A stretch of 64,000 bases of DNA, taken from contig NMRA01000751.1 in assembly GCA_002633005.1 (NCBI GenBank), positions 72,629 through 136,628 on the forward strand, read 5' to 3'. The DNA is from Phoronis australis (lineage: Eukaryota > Animalia > Phoronida). Each line of letters starts with the position of its first letter. Positions within the stretch are counted from its first letter, which is position 1. A program made the position numbers and the translations under genes. Under the pieces are notes generated by a model. That model was not told the origin of the DNA. It did not search any database and was given only the letters and a program-made list of their open reading frames with translations. Shown in pieces: positions 1-12,275 of the stretch.

Positions 1-587
1 GTTTCTAGCTCCTCAGCTCGGTTTTAACCATATATCAATGAAGCATAAAAATATTTCCAGGTGATCAGTGCAATGGGCCCACATGCGAAGCCTGTGCACG
101 TCTGACACAACGTGTATCAGACCGCCTGCAATTATTATTTTTTTAACATCAAAGAAAGTGAAAGCGGCTCAGCTTCAGGCAAGAATGTGGCAACAATGCC
201 AAAACGAATTCCGAGAGCACCTCAAGTTTGGAGCAAACTCTTCACTAATAATTCAAGTCAAAGTGGGCTGATGCCTGACGCCTTCCTCAGTTTTTAGAAT
301 CCCTGTGTCATTCTAGCCAAAGCCCTTGCTTGGTATGGACACCAGCTGCATGTATTAAATTTCAAACTGTAGGTGGCATTCAGGTGGCTGATGTCACAAA
401 GCTTGCAAAAACTGTGAATGGAGAGAAACAGCTATGTACCAAATTTTTGAGTAATGGCTCTAATTTTGGACATATTTGTCGCAGGAGAGCGGTATATTGA
501 ATTGTGAAATTTCCCAATTAAAATAAACACAATGCAATTGTTTCTTTTTTATGTTCACGATTTGCTGTACTGTATAAACACTATCAA

Positions 588-1600
588 ACGTGCAATCTGC
601 GATTCTCGCCATTGGGTTGAGATGGCTTACCTACAATCAAAGAATCTGGCTATTGGGTTTAGACGGCATGGAGTCTAGCCACTGGTCTGAGAAAGCCTGC
701 CTGCAATCTAAGAACCTGACCATTGGTTTGAGAAGTCTGGCCTGCAATCTAAGTGTTTGGCCATTGGGCCAAGAAAACCAGCGTGCAATCTAGGAGTCTT
801 GCCATTGGGCTTTGACAGCCGGCCTGCTATCTAGGAGTCGGGCGATTTGGCTGAGAAAGCTGACCTGTGTTTTAGGAGTCCCGTCTACACACAGACTAAC
901 CCTAGAACAACTTGCACTAGTGCAACTTGCCCCACTTAACAGAGCTCCCACACGCACACATATCCAATAACTAGGGTAAGGCGGAAGTTGTCTCTGTGCA
1001 TAACTATAGACTGCTGATGCGATTACGGGGTGCAAAAGAAGACCCGTCTATATGTAACCCCCGCACATAATTGCTTCCGCCTTGCCTCAGGTTTGCAGCC
1101 ATACAATGATTAGTGGTGCAAATTACCCTACAACAAGTTACCCTACCTCGATAAGGCGGAGTTAGTTGTCACATGTGGGGCAAGATGTACTAGTTAAGTA
1201 GTGTCCAGACAGCTCCCAAATCCAGCGATAACTCGTTCTAGGAGTTACTTGTTCTAGAGTATGTCTATGTGTAGATGGCATGTAAGAGTCTGGCCATTGG
1301 GCGTTGAAAACCAGCCTGCAGTGTAGCAGTCTGGACATTGGGCATAGTCCTGCAATCTAGATGTCTAGCCATTGGACTTAGAAGTGTGGACTGCTATCTA
1401 GGAATCTGGCTATTGGTCTTGGAAAGCCGGTCTGCAATCTAAGAGTTTGGCCATTGGGGTTAGAAATCTGGCCTACAATCTAGGAATGTGGGCATTGGGC
1501 TCAGAAAGCCGGTCTGTAATTTAGCAGTCTTTTCATTGGGCTTAGAAAGCTGGCCTGCAATCTAGCAGTCTGGCCATTGGGTTTAGATGGCCGGCCTGCA
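588..1600. repeat. ~38-bp minisatellite (GCCTGCAATCTAGGAGTCTGGCCATTGGGCTTAGAAA-like), interrupted by an insertion
   Basis: Degenerate units visible at ~588-865 and ~1283-1600. Confidence 0.85.
880..1279. mobile_element. MITE-like element inserted in the minisatellite
   Basis: Imperfect terminal inverted repeats ccgtctacacacagactaaccctagaacaa / ttgttctagagtatgtctatgtgtagatgg; non-coding. Confidence 0.6.
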
Positions 1601-1710
1601 ACATAGTAAGGTGAGACCACAAGACCACATGCTTTTGGAATTCTTCAAAAACAATTTTAAAATACTGAATGTTTGTGTAAGTGTTGCATTATTTTTTTTC
1701 CATAGTACAA

Positions 1711-2093
1711 GTGGTCTGCACGCAGAAATCTTTTCAAACTTCTGTTCATTAGGTCATGTGATGTGGCCAACAGTTGGCATGCAGACCAGACTTAAAATGT
1801 TTGTGATCTATATTTCCACGCCGGTTGAAGATATACTCTCACGAGTTTATGGACAGAATGCCCTCTGCTAAGCTTGATTGGATTCTGTGTTTGACAAGTG
1901 GTCCGGATGGCTCAGCTGCTAGAGCGTCTGCACAGTTAGCAGAAGGTCCTGGGTTCGAGTCCCGGTCGGGGCAGAAATCTTTTTAGACGTATGTTCATTA
2001 GGTCACATGATGCGGGCCAACAGGTGGCGTGCAGACTGGACTTAAAATGTGATCAACTGAATATTTCCACGCTGGTTCAAGATTTACATATAT
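1711..2093 (+). mobile_element. tRNA-derived SINE-like tandem dimer with 9-bp target-site duplication
   Basis: ATAGTACAA at 1702-1710 and 2094-2102; ~110-bp tail repeated at 1722-1832 and 1971-2083. Confidence 0.7.
1901..1973 (+). pseudogene. tRNA-like head of the SINE (A box TGGCTCAGCTG, B box GGTTCGAGTCC); probably not a functional tRNA
   Basis: Cloverleaf can be folded, but the acceptor stem has a G-G mismatch and the anticodon loop ACAGTTA lacks U33. Confidence 0.7.
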
Positions 2094-2216
2094 ATAGTAC
2101 AAACAGTGTTACTTATAAGTGTTTTGAGCATGCAAACTTGACTTTCAACCACTGTTGTTGGTAGCTTGGTGTTGGTTATTCAGTTTTGTCTGAATGCTTG
2201 TTCTTGCTTGTTATAG

Positions 2217-2318
2217 ATTAAAAACATACAGAAGATTATACGTCTGACCAAAGAGAACCTTGAAGCTCTGAACGCCAAGTTTGGCAAACACAAGCATCCA
2301 CCCTCCATTTACCTACAG
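2217..2318 (+). CDS. BRAF: Raf exon, BRAF-specific N-terminal region (IKNIQKIIRLTKENLEALNAKFGKHKHPPSIYLQ)
   Basis: ttatag| acceptor, |gtaggt donor, 102 nt, phase 0-0; resembles BRAF [34 protein letters not shown]. Confidence 0.93.
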
Positions 2319-2918
2319 GTAGGTTATGTATGTGGGACTGGTTTGCAGGTTTCTCTGGTCAGTTCTGGTGAAATGATCATACAACTTCATTTAAAATGGA
2401 ATGTTAACTTCCCATCTTGAAGCACAAGTACGTAACTTTCAATCAACTTTTCTGCTGGATGTGCTTGAATATAATGCTGAAAACCAGAATTTCTATACCT
2501 GCATATGACAAATGTTAAACAGTGCAGTTTTATCTGTTGGAAATGTGAAAGAAATAGCTTTCTCTCTCACTGATTTGGATAGTGCTACTGTAGACTGTTA
2601 TGTAGCTTGTGTTTCAGACAGTGCACTCAGTAACTATAGTCTGTGATTCAGTTAGTGCACCACAAATTGTTCTCAGCAGTGCTTTGTCAATGATAGTCTT
2701 AAAGTCGATGAAATTTTCAAAGTAGTGGATTTGATTTTTGGCTTTCACAACTCTACTGTGTTAAAGTTGTGACCATGGTTCTCAGCGCAGGTCAATTGTT
2801 GGGTGTTATCAATTGTCAAACTAATTCTTTAGAACAAATACTGCCACTTGGCAGATGGGGGTTCTGTATGGGTGAACAAAATTGCGGTTAAGCTTACTGT
2901 GGTGCAATTCATAGACTA

Positions 2919-4318
2919 CCGTATTCGCCCTAATAAGTGCCCATGCCCCTATAAGCACCCCCCATGCGTTTTCAGACTTTGCTAAAATAAGCGCCCAGTC
3001 CATGAACGCCGTGTACATGCGAAAAACGCCTTACCTACAGGTCTAAAATTCTAGAGTAACGTCTTCAATTAATCAATAAGAACCGATAGTCCTGAAAAAT
3101 CATTGTGCGCGGAATTTGTAAACCACGAGCCTCGCTGCTATGTCGGTATTTAGCCGTGACTATGCACTTCAAACTTCCGCCTTGCTTCGAAAATAATGCA
3201 AGTGCGAATCGAAGACTAATAAAAACTTGACTTTTGTTCAGTTAAAAGTACGTGGCCAGGACGCGCGCGCTACTGACAAGTACCTGTCATCTAAGATTAG
3301 TCTTTGGGAATTATCTAATCATGAAACGGATAGCATAGCATCGGCAAGAAATAAATACTGGCACTTATTTCCGAAAGTTTTTAAAACCGCGAAAAACGTT
3401 TGCATTATTTTTAAGAGGGAATTATTAAATTGGTTGTAATTGGTGTTTTTAAAGTCAAAATGACCCATTATAGTGAAAACTTCTGCACCTTTACACCCCC
3501 CAAATCTCCCGAAAAATAACTGTTAGACTGTCACGCATCCAGTCACCCGTTGACTCAATGACATCGGCCTTACCGAGACAATTCTCGAACGTTTTTTAAC
3601 AGATGAGATCAGCAAGTGCTAAATAAAACACGTTCTGCTTTACTTCTTGTGTTAATTTCCTTATTTACGAACACCTAGATCGTTACATCGTGTTTACTCT
3701 GGCAAATGAAGTCCCATCGGATGACACCCACGCGCTTGCTCACTCTCACAATACGCAGACGAACTTCCAAATAAACATCACGTGACAACAACGTGTCTTT
3801 CTCTCGTGTTGCCGAGTACGATCTAGCTATTAAGCTCGACTCCACAGGAACTTAAAAATCTTAGGGACGCTATTTTGAAAACTTAAGGAGGACTTAGGTA
3901 ATAGGTGTTTTGTGCAATGGGCCCAACCATGAGGCCTGCGCACGTCTGATGCACCGCAAATGACATCAGACCACCTGCACTGTTTTTTTTTAGGTAATTT
4001 GTTGAGTTGAAACTATGTTTTTACTCAAGAATTCAAGTTGACCTGTCAGCGGTCGCGAGGCAGCGACGCATCAGTCGGCAATTTTTCGGCAGTGGGATTT
4101 TCTGAAAAATGCTCGTAATTCAATAACAAAGCTTGATAGCAATGCACCGCAATTTTGTAGAAACTCTGTCATAGGTTACACATCCGTCACAGCTTAAATT
4201 TGATGAATTCATCTGTTTCGGAGACCGGGTTTCAACCACTTTTGGGATATAATTAGCACCCCCCCTTCCTGAAGCGAATTTTTCTAAGCGCCCTGGGTAC
4301 TTATTAGCGAGAATACGG
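2919..4318. mobile_element. Non-autonomous Tc1/mariner-superfamily (Tc2/pogo-like) DNA transposon
   Basis: TA-flanked TIRs ccgtattcgccctaataagtgccca / tgggtacttattagcgagaatacgg; no transposase ORF. Confidence 0.75.
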
Positions 4319-5124
4319 TAATGGACATTGGTTCATCCAGCATTTCAAAAACAGGGTGTCCAAAATGGGTTTTCCAATTTCTAAGGGCATCCATGACAAA
4401 TGATGTGTAACTGCATTTTAATGAGACCAAGCCAAATTTCTGATGCATGTAATCTGTGCACACCAATGTAATTGTAACTTTTAATTACGACTAAAAGTTA
4501 TTATATAACACTTGGTTTGAACACTTCAAAACCAGTTATAAAAGTTGTAACTGTAACATGGTTATAACTCTCTGCAAGGATAGTTTAGTGAGAGGTTATA
4601 ATCATTGTAACTCGGTGTCAACACGACAGTTGCAAAAGTTATGTTATAACTCAGTAGTTGATGTTGTGTCAAATCTTGCCAGAGTAGGATATTGGAGTTG
4701 AGGAGGAAATTGGTGGTTACCAAGCATAAGAAACACTCCTAATTTTCCGTATGACTAAAAAAGAAAGTTCATTTTTGATTGCTGCCAACTAAGTGTCGTG
4801 GCCAGGGCTTTTGCAATTCCCCATACAGGGTTTCCTTGTTTTGGTGACCTGAGTTTCTGTTTGGCGACCTGAAAATTTTGCGAGTTCGCGTTTAACGAGT
4901 TGAGGTTATGTTATGGGTCCAGCTCTACAGTGTTGATTACTAGTTGTGGGGGGTTGTACTATATGTAAGGTTGACCACTAGCTGTTCATCCTTCCTGCTG
5001 GTATATTTAAGGCGAGTGTTGTGGCAACGAGTATTGTCAAATAAATGTGTTTGTCTGGCGAAAATTGGTGTTTATGTGTGAAAAATGCAGTTTCGCATGC
5101 ACAAAATTATTACTCTTTCACCAG

Positions 5125-5352
5125 GAGTATGAAGGTTTGACCAACAAGATTCACCTGCTACAGCAGAAAGAGCAGGAACTGACTGAACAGATGTCCATAG
5201 AGGGTGCTGCTATTGGCCCAGAGGAGGAGTTAGTAGACGCAAGCAAGGAACCCCCACCCCCAGACCTCCAACGTAGTGAGTCGATGCGCTCCGACGGTCC
5301 AGTCGTACGGCCAACCATCAAAGCTTACCTACCCAATCAGCAGGTGACGCAG
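5125..5352 (+). CDS. BRAF: Raf exon, end of BRS helix to start of RBD (EYEGLTNKIHLLQQKEQEL...TIKAYLPNQQVTQ)
   Basis: ttcaccag| and |gtaaga, 228 nt, phase 0-0; lies within ORF 5047..5427. Confidence 0.93.
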
Positions 5353-6669
5353 GTAAGATTGGCTTCATTGAGGATCATTCACGATATGAGACATCCAGGT
5401 AGTAATGCCCCTTGGATCTTTAGTTGACCTGGAAAGGCATTGTATGTAAAAGTACCTACCATTGCCAATAAGCCTGTCAAATGCCTTAAGGTTATGCAGG
5501 ACCCTATGGACAAGTCTATATGTTTAGCAAAATTGATCAAAAGGAAAACTATGCTATTAATAATCAAATTCCATTTGTTATTAGTATTTAAGATGAGATC
5601 TCAAAAACGCTGTTTCACTGTTCGACTTTAGAGGTTTTTCTTGGAAATCATAACAGTCTTATTTTTGATAACCCCTCTTGCAAAAGTGGAACATTTTAAA
5701 AAAACAATTCCAAACAAAAATTGGAGAACATTGCATGAAACCAGTATTTGAAAGTTCTGTGATAATCCAGCCATCCGTTTGTGAGATGTGTGGACACTTT
5801 TGAAGGTCCAACAAAAACCTTAAGTTACCGCAGCATAGTTGCAGAACTAAATACAGGAAACATGCATGCATGCACACACTCGCACATTTCGAGACCACGC
5901 CAGATTAGAGAAAATTAGTCGAAGATGACCATTTTTTGTTTAATTTTTCATATTCAAATTTCTAGTTGGATATATTTTGCCATCTGAAATATTGAAACGC
6001 CCTTTCTATGCGCCCACATATAAATACTTTTTATATTTTTGGTAAAAACTTCAGTATGAACATGAAAAGCATTCTTCAAAATATTATCTTGCCTAAGGCC
6101 ACTTTATTAGGTCTCATTAAGTTTACTGGAGCTAAGGTTGAATTTTTTGACTTGTAAAGCCTTTTGTTTTTGATTTCATGACCTTGACAGTTAACCTTTA
6201 ATTTGGTCATGAAATATTTGAGGACGTAAAGCTCAGACAAGGTTTGGTGCTTACTGTAAATGTGAGTAATTAAACTTGTATGCTTTTTGTGAACTTGCTG
6301 TTATATCTGCGCCTACATTTGAAACACTTTGGTTTACCAGGGAGTAAGACTTTTTAAATATCATGTATGTTCAAATTCACAAAACGGTACATGTTCATGT
6401 GCATTCAATTTGATACTTTCTGTGTAATTGAAAACTACTGATGATGGACAAAAAATACAAAAAAAAAACATTTAATTTAAAACATGCACGTGTGCAAGAG
6501 ACAACATCCTGCTTCTAGAAATGTAACATATGCCCATATGCGAAACACTGCGGCAAAGATATTCTTATTTTGGATCAGGGGATATGTCTAAACATAAGTT
6601 AATTTGTAGTGCTAGGTTTAGCTCGTAAGGCACAACTTTTGCACCTGTTTCTAGGTGTGTTGGGTTAAT

Positions 6670-7430
6670 TTTTGTCGCCTATTGTGTGTTGTTGTTACCG
6701 TCAGTACACATGTATGTCCCAATGTCTGTATGTCAAATATGTCAGTTGGCGCGTTATCTCAAGAAGGGCACTAATAATTCAGTTGTGGTGGCCTTGACCT
6801 CATTTTCAAGGCCACATCGAGAAAATCAAGTTTTTAGTTTGGAAATGTAGTCAATGCAATAGGTCAAGAAGGAATCTTTAAACTTTGCTTAGGTTTTGTA
6901 TCGAGTTGTAGTTGGGGTAGTTAGGCAGCAGTCGATTTTGGTAACTTTGATTGTATTTGCAAGGTCAAGTTGAGAAAATCAAGTTTTTGCGGAGAAAATT
7001 TTGTTTGTTCAATATCTGAAGAAGAAAGCTGTATATTTTTTCTGATTAAGTTGTAGGTAGAGTTTCTCTTGGTGCCTGTTGGTTTTGGTGACCTTGACTT
7101 TCAAGGTCACAGTGAGACAATCAAGTTTTTACTTAGAAAATGTTGTTTTGGGCAACATCTTAAGAAAGAATCTTAAGATTTGGTTCACATTTTGTACCAA
7201 GGTGTAGATGTGTCATCACCCGGTGCCAGTCAATTTTGGCAACTTTCAATGTCACAGTGAAAAAATCAAGTTTTTACTTGGAAAATGTTGTTAGAGGAAT
7301 ATCTCAGGAAGGAAGGACGTCTAGTTTTAGTGAATATTTTGGGGTCAAGGTGTAGGTGGGCCACCTGGCGTAAGTTTAATTTGGTAACCCTTTTGCTTCA
7401 TTTCCAAGGTCACAGCAACATTATAGTTTT
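6670..7430. repeat. Degenerate ~150-bp tandem array (ttttggtgaccttgac...tttcaaggtcacag), HINE-like
   Basis: Motif recurs near 6785, 6935, 7080, 7230 and 7380. Confidence 0.6.
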
Positions 7431-8790
7431 GTTGACTTTAATAGACATGAAAATTATTGTGTAATGTTTGTGTTCATGAACAGAAAAAACAACGGTGAAC
7501 TCGGAATGACTACTGCACTCATTATGACTAATTATTTCATCAAGAGATAATTTGTTAAGATTGGATTCAACAAATTTTAATTTTCAAAATCTTTTGTTGC
7601 AATTTAAAATTATTATCAGTAGTGGCTTAGCTGTTGGGGAGGGTGCAGTTTCCCCCCTCCCCCCGGACGGGGGGACAATTTGATCACCCTGTTACAAGTG
7701 GTTATTGTCCATGTGGTCATGAATGCTTGATTACTGTGTTTGTGGGACTACTTTCACCGAGGCATCTTGGTTGGAGACAGCTTCATTTGGAATATTTGAT
7801 ATCTACTGAGCTAAGTAAAGTACTTTGAGGTCATGTCAGAGTTAAATTAATTGTTAGAATTAACTCCTCACTTAATTTGAAGCTGGCCTGCAGACTTGAC
7901 CATTAACTGAAAAATTGCAATACAAACCTGTAATGTTCAAGCATGTCAACGTATTCTGTAAGATTCCAAGCTTGTACCTGGTAGGCACATGTGACGTGGC
8001 CCACACGGCTACAGTTCAATTTCCCGATTCACTGGGTACACTTTTCTTTCGAGAGGCATTTACCGGCTTGATGACATTAGACTGGGTAGATTCGATCCAA
8101 ATTAAATTATTTTTCGAGACTGTAGCAGTTTCCGACAGGCTTCTGCGGTGTAGTGTCTAAAGTATATGCATTTCACTACCGCGTTTCGGCGAGTTACAGT
8201 GGGGACTGTGTACGTGACTACATCCAGTGCCTCGGTTGAGAATGTAAAATGGCGGTATACCCTTACAGTTGTCTTCAGCTTGTTCGTAACACATACTGGT
8301 TTAAAAGTCGTCCTTCATCAGCACGGTCTTCAATATCACCGCTGTCATTTTCCACTTACTTCTGACATTGCTAGGTGTCTAAGGTATGCGACAGTCTCCT
8401 GAAGCTAGATTTCTTGTCCGATTGACATGAAATTTACAAACCAAATGTCTCGTCAATAACTCGAGGCCTTTTGGTTGAAGTTAGACTGAAGGTGAGACTC
8501 TGGTGGTCTCTTTTTGAGTCAGAACCTTGCTGTACTTTGACAGATGTTTCTGATTCATCCTTGAAGTTGTAGCAGTGCAAACAGTGTTCAGTCATTTCCA
8601 CTTCCAATGGTTTAAGATGGAATGATAAATGGTGAAGCACTGAGGTTAGTGGCCTTATCAACACAGCACCTGGCACCCATACCACACAAGTCCTGAAATG
8701 GATGGAGTGTTTTTATGAAATACCCTTGACTTTCCATTCCCATGACCCAGTTTGATGGTGAATACATGAACACTTTATAAGCTCAGGCCT

Positions 8791-8940
8791 GTTGTGGTGA
8801 TGGTGATGGTGGTGGTGATGGTGATGGTGTTGGTGGTGGTGGAGATGTTAATGGTGGTGGTGGAGATGGTGGTGGTGGAGGTGTTGGTGGTGATGGTGGT
8901 GGTGATGGTGGTGGTGATGGTGGTGGTGATGGTGGTGGTG
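8791..8940. repeat. (GGT)n/(GGTGAT)n microsatellite
   Basis: Direct reading. Confidence 0.95.
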
Positions 8941-10746
8941 CCTGTCAACTGAAACTGAAAAACGTGAATCTTCTGTTTTCTCCTTTTTCGTAAATTTCAC
9001 AATACTGTGATATGTAGTGCTGAAAAGGGTGATATGAACATGTTTACAATGTAGTTTCTTGTTTATATTGGTAAACTGTGGTTTTATGCGCTTTACATGA
9101 TTGTTGATTTGATGAATTAGACCACTTCAAGAGCATCTCTTGTGGGAGGGTACCCAACAACCACCTGTCAGTTTAACAGTAAATCCCATCCTTTGTTTGA
9201 CCCAGATAGTGAACAGCTGGCCATGGTTTTGGCAGTCATTTCTTTCAATGGGTGTATGTATAAGTGATTGTCAACTGTAGGTAGGGGATAATACCACAGC
9301 AGTGACTGTGTGCATAGCAGTTAGATTGTCTATATATCTGGTGGTCACTCACTTAGAACTTCTGAAATTGCCTATTAGGCTGTGTTTTAAGATTGTAGTT
9401 TTCATGGTTTTGGATCTCAGTCGTGGATTTTGTGAATCAGTGCATTCGACTTGGAATTGTTCTCGAGTAGTGTGGAGGTGTGCAAAAAATTGGGTGTAGG
9501 TATTGTGACCACCGAATTTTGTACTTGCGGAGTTTGGGAAATGCCTTTGTCGATACCGTCTTGCTTTTGTGGCATGTCTTCCCCATCTGTCAGTGATGAC
9601 AGTTATGTTGGCACCGAGTTAGAAAGTTATGAGGTAGGTTGTTGCATACGTAAGTTTGATTTTCCTTTCTTGCACTGGGAAGCTTGAGTAGAACTTAACG
9701 TGTGGAACTTTGAAGGGAGTGAGAACTACTGTGCAGATGCCATCTTACCAGACTACATACATGGTGTAATTGTTTGTTATGAGCTTCGTGAACCAAATGT
9801 AGCAAGATCTCGTCAATGTAGGACAAATAAAGTGGACCAGTGACATTGTGTTTTCCATTTTTTTACGTAAAAATACGTAGCAGCAAAATAATGCCTTGTT
9901 GTGTTAAGGTTCTATACCATAGGTACCAAGAGACAATAATATTTTTGAAAATTTGTGAGCATGTACTGTAATGTTGGAAGTGTCGAAATTGAAAAAGGAC
10001 AGATTTGGCATTGTTTTGGTCTGAAATTAATGAGATTTCACTGTAGTGGAAACTAGAGTAGTCTGTGGGTTCGGGCATTCAGGCAAGCACCACAATCACA
10101 AAGTACAGAGGCTTGTTTTCCATCCCAAACATGAAGAACCTCAGGTTTTAATGTCATAATTATGGGCCTTGTTACTTGGTGAAATGCAAGTTCTCCAAAT
10201 ATGTTGCTTTGTCAGTTTTGTTTGCTACTTGGCGAAAATTTTTCACCAAGTATGTTGCTTTGACACTAATTTTTTTTTGTTTGTTCGCATGATACAGGTT
10301 GCAATTTTCGTCTCATCTGCACTTAATTTGCACACAACCTGTATTTCCAAAAGCGCTGGAAGCCTATTGTTTTTCGTCGTGATCAGATCCAAGATGGCAG
10401 ATGTGGCAGCCATTGTGTTTTTGATTTCAGGTTCAAATGCTCATCGAGGCCGTAATTTTTTACGTACACGGCTGAAAATCGGTACGATTATTGTGCCAGA
10501 CCTGTGCTGCAGGTGTGCGGGAAATCATTTACTTCCGGTCAAAGATGGTGGAAATATCGGCAATATTTTTCAGTTTTTCATAAAAGTAGCACCAAACAAA
10601 TACTGTGTCATTTTTAAAGATCTATATCATCGCTACCATCAGACAGTGACTGAGAAATTGAAGACATTCATAGCAATTAGTTAAAAGCGGGCACACTGCC
10701 ATAGATAAAAACTGTTGTAGCTTTTTCAAAATATTTTCTTTTCAAG

Positions 10747-10853
10747 GTCAAGGTCAAGCCTGAGGACACCCTGCAGGATGCTCTGAAGAAGTCGATGAAA
10801 ATTCGTCAGCTGACGCCCGAGTCATGCATGGTATTTAGGAAGACTCCAAACAG
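10747..10853 (+). CDS. BRAF: Raf exon, RBD (VKVKPEDTLQDALKKSMKIRQLTPESCMVFRKTPN)
   Basis: ttttcaag| and |gtggga, 107 nt, phase 0-2; RAF1 R89-equivalent arginine retained in KIRQL. Confidence 0.9.
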
Positions 10854-11814
10854 GTGGGAAATTTGACCAACTTCGGAACGTCATATCTCAGGAGCCACTG
10901 ATTGGATGCATACGAAACTTTCAGATACGATGTTTAATTCAATATGCTCCAAAGTGGTTTAAGGAATTGTTTTAATTTTGAATAATTCACTTTTACATAA
11001 AAAGGCTATCAAAAACAGGTCTGGATTTTTATAATTTTCATAAAAAAAAACTTTAAAGTTATGTTAAACGGAAATGGCATGATGTTTAAATACATGTAAG
11101 AGATCTCACTTTGAACTTATATTTCAAACACAATTTGATCGTGTTATTGATGCCATTGTTTTGCTATCAATGTACCTTTCTTTTTTACTAAACTTTACTA
11201 AAAAGATTTGGTCATGGGACCCAACTGATAACTGATTGGTAAAAAGTCAGAAATCAAATTTACTAGCTTTCTATTTTCTGAAAATATATACTAAACTTTT
11301 ACTGATTTAAGATGTGTAGTTTTGTAGGTATTTGCCTAAATACCCAGCCTTGTCAATTAAGTCCCACATAACCTTAAACATTACAGTTCACAAATATTTT
11401 ATAAAGCTGGCAGCACCTGGAACTCTTGAGACTGGCTGGGAAACTGCTTCGGACAGCCGATATGTGTCCACTTAAGTGTCATTTGCTTTTTTACCTCTGA
11501 TGCAGTCCTGGCTGTCATCCAACCTGCTTCAATGTATAGCATTCTGAGCTTATGCATTTTAAAGTCATTATCTTAATCATACTAGTAACAATGGATAGTT
11601 ATCAAAACCACCTTGATCGCTGCTTGTTGGCTGACCTACCTGCTGGTATGGATACTGTCTCTTGTGCTGTCAGAGAGTTCCTGGTGCTGTCTTGGCAGCT
11701 AGTCACCACTTACTGTATTCCAGAAGTCTGGATGCTGCCATGTTGCTGCCCATTCAGCAAAATATTTATGAACTGTTAATGAAATAAAGGAAATTAATCT
11801 GTCGTCGATTTTAG

Positions 11815-11920
11815 AGAACCACTGAGTTGGAGTGTTCAAGCCATGCCTCTAGCTGGAGAAGAGCTCGTCGTAGAATTGAAAGAAGCTTTTCCCACCACTT
11901 CCAGTATATCCCATAATTTT
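11815..11920 (+). CDS. BRAF: Raf exon, RBD end / CRD start (EPLSWSVQAMPLAGEELVVELKEAFPTTSSISHNF)
   Basis: ttttag| and |gtaagt, 106 nt, phase 2-0; GEELxVE and HNF motifs. Confidence 0.92.
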
Positions 11921-12179
11921 GTAAGTGTTCCGTCTTCTCTAGTTTGCGTAAAAGTTAGACAAAGCTCGTCGAAATTCGTCGTCTGTCTTAATCAAAGTTA
12001 TGGTAAAAAATCGTAAGGAAAATAACGCCGAAATGATTGAAAAATCATCAGGGAAATTTTGTTCAAAACGTTTCACCAATCTTCTACATTAACAACATTC
12101 ATCGACTTAATGTTTTTGATAACTATTGTTGGCTTATGCGTGATGGTCCGAGCTGTCATTCTAAAATGTTCTTTCAATT

Positions 12180-12223
12180 TTTATGAGCCTACATATGTGG
12201 GTGCAGTATAAAATGCCATCATC

Positions 12224-12275
<52 letters not shown>

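Noticed and set aside
588-1600. CRISPR-like periodic array
   Set aside because: Units are contiguous degenerate repeats with no unique spacers, in a spliceosomal-intron context without cas genes.
1901-1973. Functional tRNA-Thr(AGT) gene
   Set aside because: Non-canonical anticodon loop, acceptor mismatch and embedding in a repeated tail indicate a SINE head.
9716-9770. Peptide VRTTVQMPSYQTTYMV resembling the RBD start (IKAYLPNQQVTQV)
   Set aside because: In-frame TAG at 9689, no convincing acceptor and only a weak donor; likely coincidence.
10169-10684. 171-aa ORF
   Set aside because: Non-ATG start, no recognisable domain, overlaps repeat-like intronic sequence.
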